64,000 nt of DNA from a virus. Its lineage: Duplodnaviria; Caudoviricetes. Under the pieces are notes generated by a model, which did not search any database, was not told where the DNA came from, and saw only the letters and a list, made by a program, of their open reading frames with translations. The translations under genes were made by a program, and so were the position numbers. The stretch covers positions 163-64,162 of the IMG/VR virus record IMGVR_UViG_3300012207_000003; one strand, written 5' to 3'. Position 1 is the first letter of the stretch; the number at the start of each line of letters is the position of its first letter. Positions 39,064 through 49,275 of this stretch are shown here, in pieces.

Positions 39064-39882
39064 ATGGGAAATAATTCGCTTCCCCTTGACGAGAATTTCC
39101 ATCCAGTTTTAGGACTGGTAAATGATGCAAATGGCAAGATCATTCCTCTCCATGTTGCGTCAACGGTAACAGGTGCAGATGGTTTGACTTATGCTTTATT
39201 GGATATAAACACTACTGTAGCCAAAGTTGGCAGTACAAACATTGATACCAATTCAGGCAACAAGAGTGCGGGGACGCAACGCATCGTCATTGCGACTGAC
39301 CAGCCTGCTTTGACGAATGCGCAGCCAGGCAATATCACCCAACTCCTGAGTAGTGCCTACTCGAACACAAATCCGTTTGTGACGGAAACGAACATCCAGA
39401 ACTGGATACGTAATGCAAAAGGTTACGTAGCCTATGTCTCGTTCTCGGCGACGATCACAACCGCTATTCAAGGTTTGAATGTATTCAACGCGAGTGGCAA
39501 CAGTAAGACGGTGATCATCTACCGCATCATGAACGTCTTAACGGTTGGCCGTGGTGCAGCTCCTACGTTCACGCTTTCTGCTCAAACGACTGATGTGGGG
39601 CCAGGCTGGACAAATGGCGTGGCACTCACGCCTGCGAACATGTCATTAGGTGGTTCTGCAAGTGTGCTTTCCGTCTATCGTTCAGCGGCTACAAGTGGGG
39701 TATCGATTGCAGGTACAACGCTGTGGACAGGTGATGCGGGAACTGATGCGCAGGTTGAAATGTTGCAGCAAGGGCAGATAGTCACGTTGCCATCGGGTGC
39801 GTCAAACGGACTCACGATTTATGCTGATACTTCGACGAGCAGCGGGGGCTGTGCAATCGCTGTGTTCTGGGTAGAGTTCTAG
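39064..39882 (+). CDS. virion structural protein
   Basis: N-terminal PLDENFHPV module; beta-rich C-terminus. Confidence 0.6.
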   Translation: MGNNSLPLDENFHPVLGLVNDANGKIIPLHVASTVTGADGLTYALLDINTTVAKVGSTNIDTNSGNKSAGTQRIVIATDQPALTNAQPGNITQLLSSAYSNTNPFVTETNIQNWIRNAKGYVAYVSFSATITTAIQGLNVFNASGNSKTVIIYRIMNVLTVGRGAAPTFTLSAQTTDVGPGWTNGVALTPANMSLGGSASVLSVYRSAATSGVSIAGTTLWTGDAGTDAQVEMLQQGQIVTLPSGASNGLTIYADTSTSSGGCAIAVFWVEF

Positions 39883-39991
39883 CGGTCAGGGCCGCCAAAG
39901 GCGATAGCAAGTTGTTCAAAGAAATCTTTTAGCGCGCTTAGAAGTTTTCTCATGAGAAAAGTATAACGTAGGAGGTAAGTAAGAAACAAGC

Positions 39992-41719
39992 ATGCCAGTC
40001 AATTATGCGCTCTTGCCAGGTCAACAATTGTGGAAAAACGACGTATCTTCTTATCTCTTTGGTACAGAGGATACGACGGAGTTCTCACCGCCAAGCACTA
40101 ACATTGGCAATACGCCAGCGATTCAGGCACTTGTCAAAGTGGCTGGCTTTACGGTGTTGCGTTCCTATATCCCTGACGGTAGTAGTGACGGGGTACTGGC
40201 GACACGGCTGGCAACAGCACAGGCGTGTGGATGCCCTATGCTGATTGTGCTTCCTAATACAGCAAGTTCAACCTGGAATGCGCATGTCGTAACCTATTTC
40301 GGTGCTAATTGTCTCATGTATGAGTTTGGCAATGAACCTGATAATAGCGGCGAGCCGTTTCCTGTTTCTGCCTCAACCTACGTCACGAACTGGAATGCAC
40401 AGGTACCTAACCTACGCAGTATCAACGCAAATGCTAAGTTCATCGGGCCGGTCACGGCCGGGCCGAATAGTACCTACATGACAACATTCCTGAATGGAGT
40501 TGTTACCAGTGGCGTGTATCCTGATGCACTTTCATTTCATGAATATCCTGCTTATTTTACGACAGATGAGGGAGTAGCCTTACTTTCTTCAACCATCAAC
40601 CAGATGACAACTGATCTCAACTCAACACGTACGCTTTGTATTAGTATCCTTGGTCGTGAACTGCCTCTGTGTGTCACGGAGTGGAACATCAATCCAGGCA
40701 ATCCTGTACCTGAATACATGAAAGATGGCACGTTCGTTTCAACGTGGTTTCAGCAAGGCGTTTTAGCACTGATTGCAGGGGGCTGTGCGCTTGCTAGTTG
40801 TTTTGATGCCGCAAGCAACGCAGGGACATATCTGAGTGGAACCAAGGGCGCACTTGACATGATTGATACTGCTACCGCTACTCCTAAAGCGCAATACTAT
40901 GCCTTACAGAATCTTATCACATTCTATCAACCGTATATACTTTTACCAACTGCTACTAGGCGTGGGTCAAATCTGAGCAATCACAGGTCACTTATTCTTG
41001 CAGACAATCCACAGGCATATCTTAGGATGGGAGAGCAAACAGGCATTATTGCGCTTGACAGTTCTCCTAATCAGAACAACGCTGCGCTCTATGGAGGCTA
41101 CACGCTCAAGAATACAGGGGCAATGGCAAACGATACCGACACATCTATTTTGCTGAATGGCACATCGGGATGGATGCAACTTCCAACAACCTTGAAAACC
41201 GATGGTTGGAGCGCACTGACTATTGAAATGTGGCTCTATCTTTCAACTGCTAGCTATAGCGGAGGCCCGCGTGTGATTGCCAACGAAGATAGTGTCACAA
41301 CCAACCATATTGGCTTTAGCTTCATCCTGGCTGCAGTAAATACAGGCCAATCAGGTTTCTTTGATGTAGGCAATGGTACAACAGCGGGAGTAGCAGCGTT
41401 TGGAACTGGCACAATGGCCGCCAATATCTGGAAATTTATCACGCTTCTATATGATGGAGGGACTGTCAGAATTTTTGTGAATGGCGTGCAAGATAACCAA
41501 ACGCAAGCATTAACAGGCACGATTGGCACAGCGACACATCCTATTTCGATAGGCCGTGACGCAGGCGCAGCGGGCGATTATTTTCCAGGCGCAATAGACG
41601 AACTGGCAATCTACAATTATGCCTTGTCCTATGCACAAATTCAGAACCATTATCAACTTGGAACAACGGCGCGGCGTGATATGGTCATTTTACCAACAGC
41701 AATAAGGAGGCAATCATAA
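39992..41719 (+). CDS. clan GH-A glycoside hydrolase (GH39-like) plus LamG domain
   Basis: YEFGNEPD, SFHEY, VTEWN; LamG: YLRMGE..G..A.DSS...GAIDELAIYN.AL. Confidence 0.8.
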   Translation: MPVNYALLPGQQLWKNDVSSYLFGTEDTTEFSPPSTNIGNTPAIQALVKVAGFTVLRSYIPDGSSDGVLATRLATAQACGCPMLIVLPNTASSTWNAHVVTYFGANCLMYEFGNEPDNSGEPFPVSASTYVTNWNAQVPNLRSINANAKFIGPVTAGPNSTYMTTFLNGVVTSGVYPDALSFHEYPAYFTTDEGVALLSSTINQMTTDLNSTRTLCISILGRELPLCVTEWNINPGNPVPEYMKDGTFVSTWFQQGVLALIAGGCALASCFDAASNAGTYLSGTKGALDMIDTATATPKAQYYALQNLITFYQPYILLPTATRRGSNLSNHRSLILADNPQAYLRMGEQTGIIALDSSPNQNNAALYGGYTLKNTGAMANDTDTSILLNGTSGWMQLPTTLKTDGWSALTIEMWLYLSTASYSGGPRVIANEDSVTTNHIGFSFILAAVNTGQSGFFDVGNGTTAGVAAFGTGTMAANIWKFITLLYDGGTVRIFVNGVQDNQTQALTGTIGTATHPISIGRDAGAAGDYFPGAIDELAIYNYALSYAQIQNHYQLGTTARRDMVILPTAIRRQS

Positions 41720-42049
41720 ATGGTCTATCAGCCAGTCTATAAAGGGCAAACGTTTCCAGGTTGGGCTATTCCACTTGATACCGACACAGGCCATGATGAT
41801 TTAACCGGAATAGATGTTACTAAATTGAGCTTAGTTTTTCGCTCAGATGGCGGGGTTGACAGAACAGGCACAGGAACATTTGCAATACGAACTGTCTATC
41901 CTGCAATGGTACTCTACAAACCATCTGTTACAGATGTAGCATCCGTGTTCAGTGGCACATTGATAGTCGAGGGGTTATTCCCACCGTCAGGAACAACAGC
42001 CGATAAAACAGTGTATAGCCCAGTAACCTTTGCCATAACTGACGATTAA
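41720..42049 (+). CDS. BppU-N-like adaptor protein
   Basis: Y.GQT.P...DLTG...Y.P...DV pattern. Confidence 0.45.
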   Translation: MVYQPVYKGQTFPGWAIPLDTDTGHDDLTGIDVTKLSLVFRSDGGVDRTGTGTFAIRTVYPAMVLYKPSVTDVASVFSGTLIVEGLFPPSGTTADKTVYSPVTFAITDD

Positions 42050-42064
42050 GGAGCTTTTGAGTAG

Positions 42065-42382
42065 TTGAGCATTTATATCACTGCCAATGTGACACGTGCG
42101 AGTGTACCAATAGGCTCTACTGCTATCTCTGTGCAGTTAGACCTGATGAGCATACAGGAAGCACACGCTTATGGCGGTGCTAGTGGTGGTGAGGGGCCAT
42201 ATTTCAGATATAACGGGTTTACCTGGGGAGGATTGACGCTGTTGCAAGGGGATAAATTAACAGATACAACGAACACCGATCCGAAAACAGGAACGAATAC
42301 TGTGTACAGGATAATTGGTGATCCTGAAGCTTTCCCAGACTCTCATGTTGAATTTGTAGTTGACAGAGTGATAGGAACCTAG
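42065..42382 (+). CDS. putative head-closure protein
   Basis: Gene order; GD.L....YRI.G.P. Confidence 0.5.
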   Translation: MSIYITANVTRASVPIGSTAISVQLDLMSIQEAHAYGGASGGEGPYFRYNGFTWGGLTLLQGDKLTDTTNTDPKTGTNTVYRIIGDPEAFPDSHVEFVVDRVIGT

Positions 42383-42383
42383 C

Positions 42384-42797
42384 ATGTTTGCACTGAGTTG
42401 GGATGCCAGTTCACTTAGCAAAATAGCAGAATTAGAGGCTATGGGTGGACTGTTAGATGTTGAGATATATGACACCTTAGATTGGATAGGGCAGCTAGTT
42501 TCGACAACTGCCAAGGTCAATACCTGGACGGCATTTCAGAATCCGACAGGGCCAACAGCCGATAGCATTGGCTTTACTATGGTAAGTCCGAGTGAAGTGG
42601 CTATCACGGTAGGAGTGCCACAAGGAAGACGACTAGAATATGGCTTTAGTGGCATGACTGACTCGCTAGGCCGTACATTTCCCTACTGGCCTGCAGAGCC
42701 ATACATGCAACCTGCTTTAGATGAGGATAGAGCATTGATAGAAGAAAAAATGATGCTTGCAATAGAAAATGTGATTGCAAGAGTGGAGGGGATATAG
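42384..42797 (+). CDS. HK97 gp10-like neck protein
   Basis: PTG..ADSI...RRLEYG...AEPYMQPAL. Confidence 0.75.
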   Translation: MFALSWDASSLSKIAELEAMGGLLDVEIYDTLDWIGQLVSTTAKVNTWTAFQNPTGPTADSIGFTMVSPSEVAITVGVPQGRRLEYGFSGMTDSLGRTFPYWPAEPYMQPALDEDRALIEEKMMLAIENVIARVEGI

Positions 42798-42800
42798 CAC

Positions 42801-43289
42801 ATGCCAGGTACAGCAAATGCCAACACTTTATTAATAGGGCAACAAATCGCAAGTTATATGTCGGTTCTTGTGTATCCTGGCACGTCAACCATTGTCTATA
42901 CCTTGGCTCAACTTGAAGCCATTAAAGACGTGATTGACCTAACAGCAAGCGGGGGAGTGTGCTGTGAGGTTTACGGTGACACCGATGACAGCGAACGCAG
43001 AGGGTTTGGAGGGCGCATATGGGATTGCCAAACGTGGTTTGTTCTGTCTCTGTGTGCTCTTGATACCCCTGCCCATGCACAACAAATCTATTCAGTAAGG
43101 GATGCGGTAGTGTATCCATTTCAGCAACATGCTACTTTAGGCGGCAGTGTTTCCAATCTTTTTCAAGTCATGTTAAAGCCAAATATGAAATTTTTCAGAG
43201 TGCAACGCTCAGGGCAATGGCTCAGAGCGCATCTAGCCATACTCGAAACCAAACAAGAGTGGCAAGTGCAAGGAGGAATTCAATCATGA
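42801..43289 (+). CDS. putative tail terminator
   Basis: Position before the tail tube; TLGG.V motif. Confidence 0.55.
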   Translation: MPGTANANTLLIGQQIASYMSVLVYPGTSTIVYTLAQLEAIKDVIDLTASGGVCCEVYGDTDDSERRGFGGRIWDCQTWFVLSLCALDTPAHAQQIYSVRDAVVYPFQQHATLGGSVSNLFQVMLKPNMKFFRVQRSGQWLRAHLAILETKQEWQVQGGIQS

Positions 43290-43531
43290 GTCAAGTCTAT
43301 ATTTTTTACGATCAAGCAGGCACTATTCCAGGTGTTCCTGGTATGTTCTCACATTGCCAGGTAGAAGTTGATGAGGATGGAAGTGTGAATGTCAATCAGC
43401 TTTCAAGAGGACAGGAAACTGTAGTCCTTGAATCAACCATAGAACCTGTAGCAGAGGAAGTACAACCCCCTGCCTTGGAACAAGAGCAACCATTAGAACA
43501 AGAACAACAAACCGATGGAACTGAAAATTAG
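43286..43531 (+). CDS. small acidic hypothetical protein
   Basis: AGGAGG SD. Confidence 0.5.
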   Translation: MSQVYIFYDQAGTIPGVPGMFSHCQVEVDEDGSVNVNQLSRGQETVVLESTIEPVAEEVQPPALEQEQPLEQEQQTDGTEN

Positions 43532-43568
43532 TTCGTAACACACATTAAGAGAGGATAGGTAGAAGAAG

Positions 43569-45176
43569 ATGCCGTTAACACCAACATCGATTAAAGGCAC
43601 ATGTGGGATAATGATAGAGGGAACTAGTGGAGAAGTCACGCTACTTGCCCCCGTAACAGCAATCGCAACCAACACAGGCATAACCGCGCCAAGTGGCTCA
43701 ACAGGTATGAAATTACACATAATTTTAAATGCCTGGTTGACTTCAGGAAGTTTTACCATTAACGGAACTGGTAGCCCGAACAACACAGAAACGGTCACAG
43801 TAGCGGCTCCAACCACTCAGCAAACACAATCGCAAACGGGTTACTCATTTGAATATGTTTCAATGAATAACTACACAGCTATCACCAATGTCACCACTAC
43901 AGGTGGGGTAACAGGTGCTACCCTGACCGTCAAAGGTGTTCAGGCAGCGAAGTACAATATTCCAGTTGAGGTATTCAAATCAACTCCTAAACAGCCACAA
44001 TACAGCCCGAATGAGTTTAGTGGTTCACAGGCGCGTGACAAGCGTTTGATAGCTCAATATAAGGATTGCACCATAGACAATCTGGATAGCAATTTCTATG
44101 GTGACTTGTCGATGTACTGGATTTACCTGATGCTAGGTAGTCCTCCCTCATGGACAACACTGCCAGCTTCACCACTCTCAATAGTAGCAAGTGCAACCAT
44201 CGTAGCAAGTTTGACCATAGCCAATCAACCTACCGCGCCAGGCATGAAGCTGATATGTGTGTTCTCAACCTATGCATCAGGCGCGGCTATCACCATTACA
44301 GGAACACAGTATGGCTTGACGGTGAATGAAACCATCACTCCAACTGGCAATGGTACGTACTACTCAGCGAACGTCTATAGTGCCATAACCACAATTGGCG
44401 GCTCTACCAATGCCACAACGGTTGTGATAACAGGCGTGTTTGGATGGAAAGGGACTGTTACCAGTGAAGCGACCAAGCAAACAGCAGCGATAGAACACTT
44501 TGATGGTTCAGCTTCCTGGATACATCCCTTTAGCTTTGCTTCAAATGGTTCATTTGCTGTGAATACGAAAGGCGAAGCTCTTCTGAGTCTTTCAGGTTTT
44601 GCTCAGGATAAACTGGCCATTGGCGATAGAACTACCACGCCTTTACAGACTTCACGAGTTACAAGCTTAGGTATTCCTCTTGGTGACATTCCCCTGGCTG
44701 GCTGGCAAACGCAGGTCTACATCGACAACATCAATGGAACGGCAGGCACAACAGTATTCACAGATCCTGAACAAGAGTTGAAGATCATGATTAATACTCC
44801 TGACGATAGGCATTGGACATTCAACAATACGCAAGCATTCACACGTGCTTATAGCGGGAAGTATGAATGTACTGTAAGTGCAACCTATGACATTATTGAC
44901 CTCCTGCAAAATGAGCAATTCAGGCAAAACTTGAAACAATATCTTGTTGTCAAAACTGTTGGGGAGTATATCGGGACTACAGGCGGAACTGCGTACTATA
45001 AAGGCTGGCAATGGACTTTGCCAGTAAGATACGACGGTATGTATGGACAGGAAGCGCAAACAAGCGTTGGCAATGTGTTTGCAAAGCCAGCACTACGAAC
45101 AGAATACGATGCCGGCATAGCAGGAAGCTACTCAGTGCAAATTATCACGAGGCAGCCACCTAATTACACAAGCTAA
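43569..45176 (+). CDS. major tail tube protein with two inserted beta domains
   Basis: Position before chaperone and tape measure; duplicated GMKL...TI.GT...ET.T unit. Confidence 0.7.
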   Translation: MPLTPTSIKGTCGIMIEGTSGEVTLLAPVTAIATNTGITAPSGSTGMKLHIILNAWLTSGSFTINGTGSPNNTETVTVAAPTTQQTQSQTGYSFEYVSMNNYTAITNVTTTGGVTGATLTVKGVQAAKYNIPVEVFKSTPKQPQYSPNEFSGSQARDKRLIAQYKDCTIDNLDSNFYGDLSMYWIYLMLGSPPSWTTLPASPLSIVASATIVASLTIANQPTAPGMKLICVFSTYASGAAITITGTQYGLTVNETITPTGNGTYYSANVYSAITTIGGSTNATTVVITGVFGWKGTVTSEATKQTAAIEHFDGSASWIHPFSFASNGSFAVNTKGEALLSLSGFAQDKLAIGDRTTTPLQTSRVTSLGIPLGDIPLAGWQTQVYIDNINGTAGTTVFTDPEQELKIMINTPDDRHWTFNNTQAFTRAYSGKYECTVSATYDIIDLLQNEQFRQNLKQYLVVKTVGEYIGTTGGTAYYKGWQWTLPVRYDGMYGQEAQTSVGNVFAKPALRTEYDAGIAGSYSVQIITRQPPNYTS

Positions 45177-45187
45177 AAGGAGATTTC

Positions 45188-45449
45188 ATGGAAGGACTTA
45201 CTGAGGGGTAGGATTGTCCATTATGTGCTTTCAAATGGGCAACATAGAGCAGCGATAGTTGTTCGGGTGTTTGGGCCATATGGGAAAGAGGCTGGACTTG
45301 CTAACCTTATGGTGTTTTCCGATGGCTCAAATGATAAAGGTGTGGTTTCTGGGAATGTCTCTGAGCAAGGAGTATTCTGGGCAACATCAGCACATTATGA
45401 CCCTGAAGGCACAAAACATCATACCTGGCACTGGATAGAAAAAGTATAA
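45188..45449 (+). pseudogene. phage hypothetical gene with a +1 frame break near its start
   Basis: ATG GAA GGA CTT ACT GAG GGG TAG; removing one G gives MEGLTEGRIVHYVL... continuous with the 45225 ORF. Confidence 0.55.
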
Positions 45450-45463
45450 AAGGAGAGCAATAC

Positions 45464-45901
45464 ATGGGCGCATTTGATAGAGCAAAAGATATTCTTGTTC
45501 CAAACGATGAAAAGCCAGAAGAGGCAAAAGCTTTTCGTGAAAAATGGGGATGGGAAGCACACGAACAAATTACGCTACGAGGCAAGCTAACAGCCGGAAT
45601 GCAGGAAGAGATAACCAATGCTTCGAGTGGCGTCGGGCCTGATAATACGTTTGCTTTGTTCTCTGGTAGCGGTCGCAATGTGATGTTAGAGCAGATGATA
45701 GTCAGATGGACGCTTGCCAGGAATGGCAATGTGGTTGACGTCAACATTGATACCATACGTGAACTGCCAACTGAGTACACTATTCCTCTGTTCGAAATTT
45801 GTGACAAATTGGCAACCAAAGTCATGAATGTAGAGCAGCAAAAGGATTTTTTAGCCTCTGCAAACGGGCATACAAAAACGCGCTTGGACGTGGTGAAGTA
45901 G
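45464..45901 (+). CDS. tail assembly chaperone (G), with -1 frameshift extension to 46056
   Basis: Before the tape measure; slippery T TTT TTA at 45847-45853; -1 frame open to TAG at 46056. Confidence 0.8.
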   Translation: MGAFDRAKDILVPNDEKPEEAKAFREKWGWEAHEQITLRGKLTAGMQEEITNASSGVGPDNTFALFSGSGRNVMLEQMIVRWTLARNGNVVDVNIDTIRELPTEYTIPLFEICDKLATKVMNVEQQKDFLASANGHTKTRLDVVK

Positions 45902-46083
45902 TCCCAGAGGCGATTATCAAAGCAGAGCTGTGGGACGTGTTTGGTTCCAGGACGGAATATCTTCTAGCTCCATTGGAAGAGGCTGTAGAGCAGCGATGCC
46001 GTATTATCGCAAGGCATGAAGCACAGGCAGAAAAAGACGCAGAGGTCGATGCGTAGGCAGAAGTAGTAGGGATAAAGTAGCAT

Positions 46084-48717
46084 ATGGGCGCGGGTGATAT
46101 TTCCTTAGCCATCATGATAACGGCGCAAAATCAAGCCTCTTCTGTGATTCAGGGACTTGCAAGAGATTTAGGGCCATTAGGCGTTGGTATGGCCGCTATC
46201 GGTGTTGGTGCGATTGCAGCAGGCGTAGCGGCTGTCAAGATGGCCGGTGATTATCAAAGCGCAACCACTACCCTGGTAACAGGCGCAGGTGAAAGCGTCA
46301 AGAACCTTGGCTTAGTTCGTCAGGGACTCCTTGATATCTCGGTAGCTACAGGCACTTCAACCGATGCACTCGTCAAGTCCATGTTTCTAGTAGAGAGCGC
46401 GGGCTATCACGGTGCCCAGGGCTTGCAAGTAGAAACGATTGCGGCAGAGGGGGCAAAGGTAGCTCATGCTGATTTAACCCAAACCGCTGATATTCTCACA
46501 ACCTCACTGCATGATTTTAATTTGACGGCAGGGCAGTCTACGCCAGTTATGAACTCCCTCATCGTCACTGTGCAAAATGGCAAGATGACCATGGATAATC
46601 TCAACGAATCCATGAAGACTGTTTTACCTGTTGCAGGTGCTTTGCACGTTCCATTAGCCGATGTAGAAGGCGCTCTTTCTACTATGGCAATAGCAGGGGA
46701 TAAGGGTTCAATAGCAGGTACGCATCTTGCCATGATGTTGAAGATGCTTGCTAATCCTGCGAGTACAGCACAAAAAGAGATGTCAGCAATGGGTATTGAT
46801 AGTATCAAGCTTGCTCAAACTATGCAAACATCACTACCTGCTGCATTGCAGATGATCCAGAATGCCGTTGCACAGCACTTTGTACCTGGCTCAGTTGAGT
46901 ATAACAGGGCTATTGCTACTATTCTCGGAGGCTCAAAGTCAGGTATAGCAGGTCTTGAACTCATGGGTCAAAACATGAATACCTTAGTAGCAGATACCAA
47001 GGCAGCATCCGATGCTTTCCGTAATAGTGGTAAGGACGTGCAAGGGTGGGCAATGGTTCAAGGTGACTTCAATCAAAAGATGGATGAACTTCATGCCACG
47101 TTGAATGTCGTGTTGATTGATCTTGGTGCAAAAATGCTTCCTGTTCTCACGGACATAGTACAGCACGGTCTTATTCCTTTCGTCAACAATCTTGATTATA
47201 TTGTTAAGAATGGCTCACCTATTATCACGTTCTTGCAGGGAAGTTCAGTAGGTGCAACGTTACTAAGGGATGCATTGATAGGGTTAGCTGTAGCTGTAGC
47301 AGCGGTGAAAATTGCACTTCTTGTTGAGAGTATGGCAAGTTTCATTGCCTCTGTACCTGGAATGCTTTCAAATTTATTCCTTGTTCAAAGTGCGGTAACG
47401 AGTGTGGGAACAGCCACTACCGAGACAGCAGCAGCAACCGCAACCGCATCTGCAGGCATGAGTTTTTCGCTTGCTGGTATAGCTGTAGCTTTTGCGCCAT
47501 TGACACTTGCAGCTAAGTATTTGGTAGATAATCGAAGCAATATTATTGATACGATCACAGGTATTAAAAATGCAGGCTCAGGGCCGACTGGCAATGGACA
47601 GAACACAGGCTTTATTGGTAATTGGTGGCAACAGATGAATCAGCAAGCCGCCGATGCTAAGAAAGCTGCTGACGATGCCGCCGCCGCGGCGAAGAAATCT
47701 GCAGATGCCACAAGGTATGCACTTGATCAGGTTTCGCAAGATTACATCAAATGGCTTGGCACGACGGGCATTACCTGGAAACAGTATGAACAACAGGCCA
47801 TTAATGCACGTAAGCAAATCGTCGCAGATGGGTTGGCTGTGCAAAGCCAGTGGGCGCAATCCGTTGAACGTGGTGTGAGTGATATGACGACCGCAAACGA
47901 CAAAATACAATCGCAATGGTCGCAATCCGTCCAGCGTAGTGTTACTACTATGATGACCGCGACGGACAAAGAGCAGAGTGCGTGGGCGCAATCAGTTGAC
48001 CGCAATACGGCAAAAGTCGTTGGCGACTTTGGAAAGGTTGCACAGACAGCCGACCAGACAGTTACGCGATTAAAACAACTCAATAATCCTCTCAAGACGA
48101 GTGTTGACAATGCCGCTGTTGTGAAACTTGGGTTAGATGCCGATCTTACACGCAAGAAACTTCTTGCCACGAATGGGCCGTACTATCCCGTTGTCAATGT
48201 GAGCAGTATCGCAGCATCAGGCAATACGGCAGACCAGACACGCAAGAAGTTGCTTGCGATGAATGGGCCGTATTATCCTCTCGTCAATGCGGGTAGTGTT
48301 GCAGCAGCTGGCAATACTGCCGATCAAACGCGCAACAAATTGCTTGCGCTCAATGGAAGTAGTACCTGGAATGCCTATGTCAATACGTACCAAAACGTCA
48401 GCACAAACTACCTCAATACAGGCGGGCCTGTGATTGGGCATGGTTTTGCATCAGGCGTGACGAACAATCCTATTGGTGGTTGGTATGATGTGGGAGAGCG
48501 TGGGCCTGAAAAGATGTATGTGCCTCAAGGCGCATCGATCTTACCTCACGGTATCAATCCAACAAGTAAAGGCGCGTTTGGGTTGTCAGGGGCAATCAGT
48601 GGAAGCGATAAGACCATGAATATCACCGTCCAATTGGATAGCAGAAATATGATGCAAGCTTTAGGTGTGAGACAAGCAAAAGAAATCAGGATACAAGGGA
48701 ATTATAGAAATGGTTGA
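46084..48717 (+). CDS. tail tape measure protein
   Basis: Ala-rich, GS.AGT.L..ML..L.NP core, C-terminal FASG...VGERGPE. Confidence 0.92.
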   Translation: MGAGDISLAIMITAQNQASSVIQGLARDLGPLGVGMAAIGVGAIAAGVAAVKMAGDYQSATTTLVTGAGESVKNLGLVRQGLLDISVATGTSTDALVKSMFLVESAGYHGAQGLQVETIAAEGAKVAHADLTQTADILTTSLHDFNLTAGQSTPVMNSLIVTVQNGKMTMDNLNESMKTVLPVAGALHVPLADVEGALSTMAIAGDKGSIAGTHLAMMLKMLANPASTAQKEMSAMGIDSIKLAQTMQTSLPAALQMIQNAVAQHFVPGSVEYNRAIATILGGSKSGIAGLELMGQNMNTLVADTKAASDAFRNSGKDVQGWAMVQGDFNQKMDELHATLNVVLIDLGAKMLPVLTDIVQHGLIPFVNNLDYIVKNGSPIITFLQGSSVGATLLRDALIGLAVAVAAVKIALLVESMASFIASVPGMLSNLFLVQSAVTSVGTATTETAAATATASAGMSFSLAGIAVAFAPLTLAAKYLVDNRSNIIDTITGIKNAGSGPTGNGQNTGFIGNWWQQMNQQAADAKKAADDAAAAAKKSADATRYALDQVSQDYIKWLGTTGITWKQYEQQAINARKQIVADGLAVQSQWAQSVERGVSDMTTANDKIQSQWSQSVQRSVTTMMTATDKEQSAWAQSVDRNTAKVVGDFGKVAQTADQTVTRLKQLNNPLKTSVDNAAVVKLGLDADLTRKKLLATNGPYYPVVNVSSIAASGNTADQTRKKLLAMNGPYYPLVNAGSVAAAGNTADQTRNKLLALNGSSTWNAYVNTYQNVSTNYLNTGGPVIGHGFASGVTNNPIGGWYDVGERGPEKMYVPQGASILPHGINPTSKGAFGLSGAISGSDKTMNITVQLDSRNMMQALGVRQAKEIRIQGNYRNG

Positions 48718-48744
48718 GTTTAAAATAGAAAGAGGTAAGTAGAT

Positions 48745-49266
48745 ATGGGTGCTGCAACATGTCAGGCGCAAATAGGAACAGGCTCTAGCGTTTCATGGGC
48801 AAATGCTGAAAGTGGGGGAGTCTTCAATCGCGAAGATTCACTAGTGGGTACAACTCCAACGCCGATCCCCACAACTACAGGAACCAATTTCTCATACATC
48901 AAGAACTTTGTACTTGCAGTAACAGTGACAGGAACAACAGCAATCACGAATAGGCGTATCAACATGTCAGGCGCGGCGGCTACTGGTATGCAATTGTTCT
49001 GGAAAGCTCTTGCCGTTGCCAGTTATGCTCAATCAGCTAGTGGAAATAAGCCAACTGATTCAGGTTCTAATGGTGCTACCCCTGCGGGTTATACGCTTAT
49101 GACAACTTCAACTGCTCAGTACGATAATACCAGTCATGTCACAAGTGCATCAGGGCCGAATGGGACAATGGCTGTGTGTGTAGAGGGGATTGATAACACC
49201 TATACGGCGGGGGCCAGTACAAGCGCAACAACTCCATCACTTGTTCTCAGCTACGATGAGGCTTAA
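48745..49266 (+). CDS. tail-associated structural protein
   Basis: Thr/Ser-rich beta protein ending YDEA. Confidence 0.55.
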   Translation: MGAATCQAQIGTGSSVSWANAESGGVFNREDSLVGTTPTPIPTTTGTNFSYIKNFVLAVTVTGTTAITNRRINMSGAAATGMQLFWKALAVASYAQSASGNKPTDSGSNGATPAGYTLMTTSTAQYDNTSHVTSASGPNGTMAVCVEGIDNTYTAGASTSATTPSLVLSYDEA

Positions 49267-49275
49267 TAGATAAGG

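Noticed and set aside
47820-48360. DNA repeats in the tape measure 3' region
   Set aside because: Explained by in-frame 22-aa and 31-aa peptide repeats, normal for tape measure proteins.
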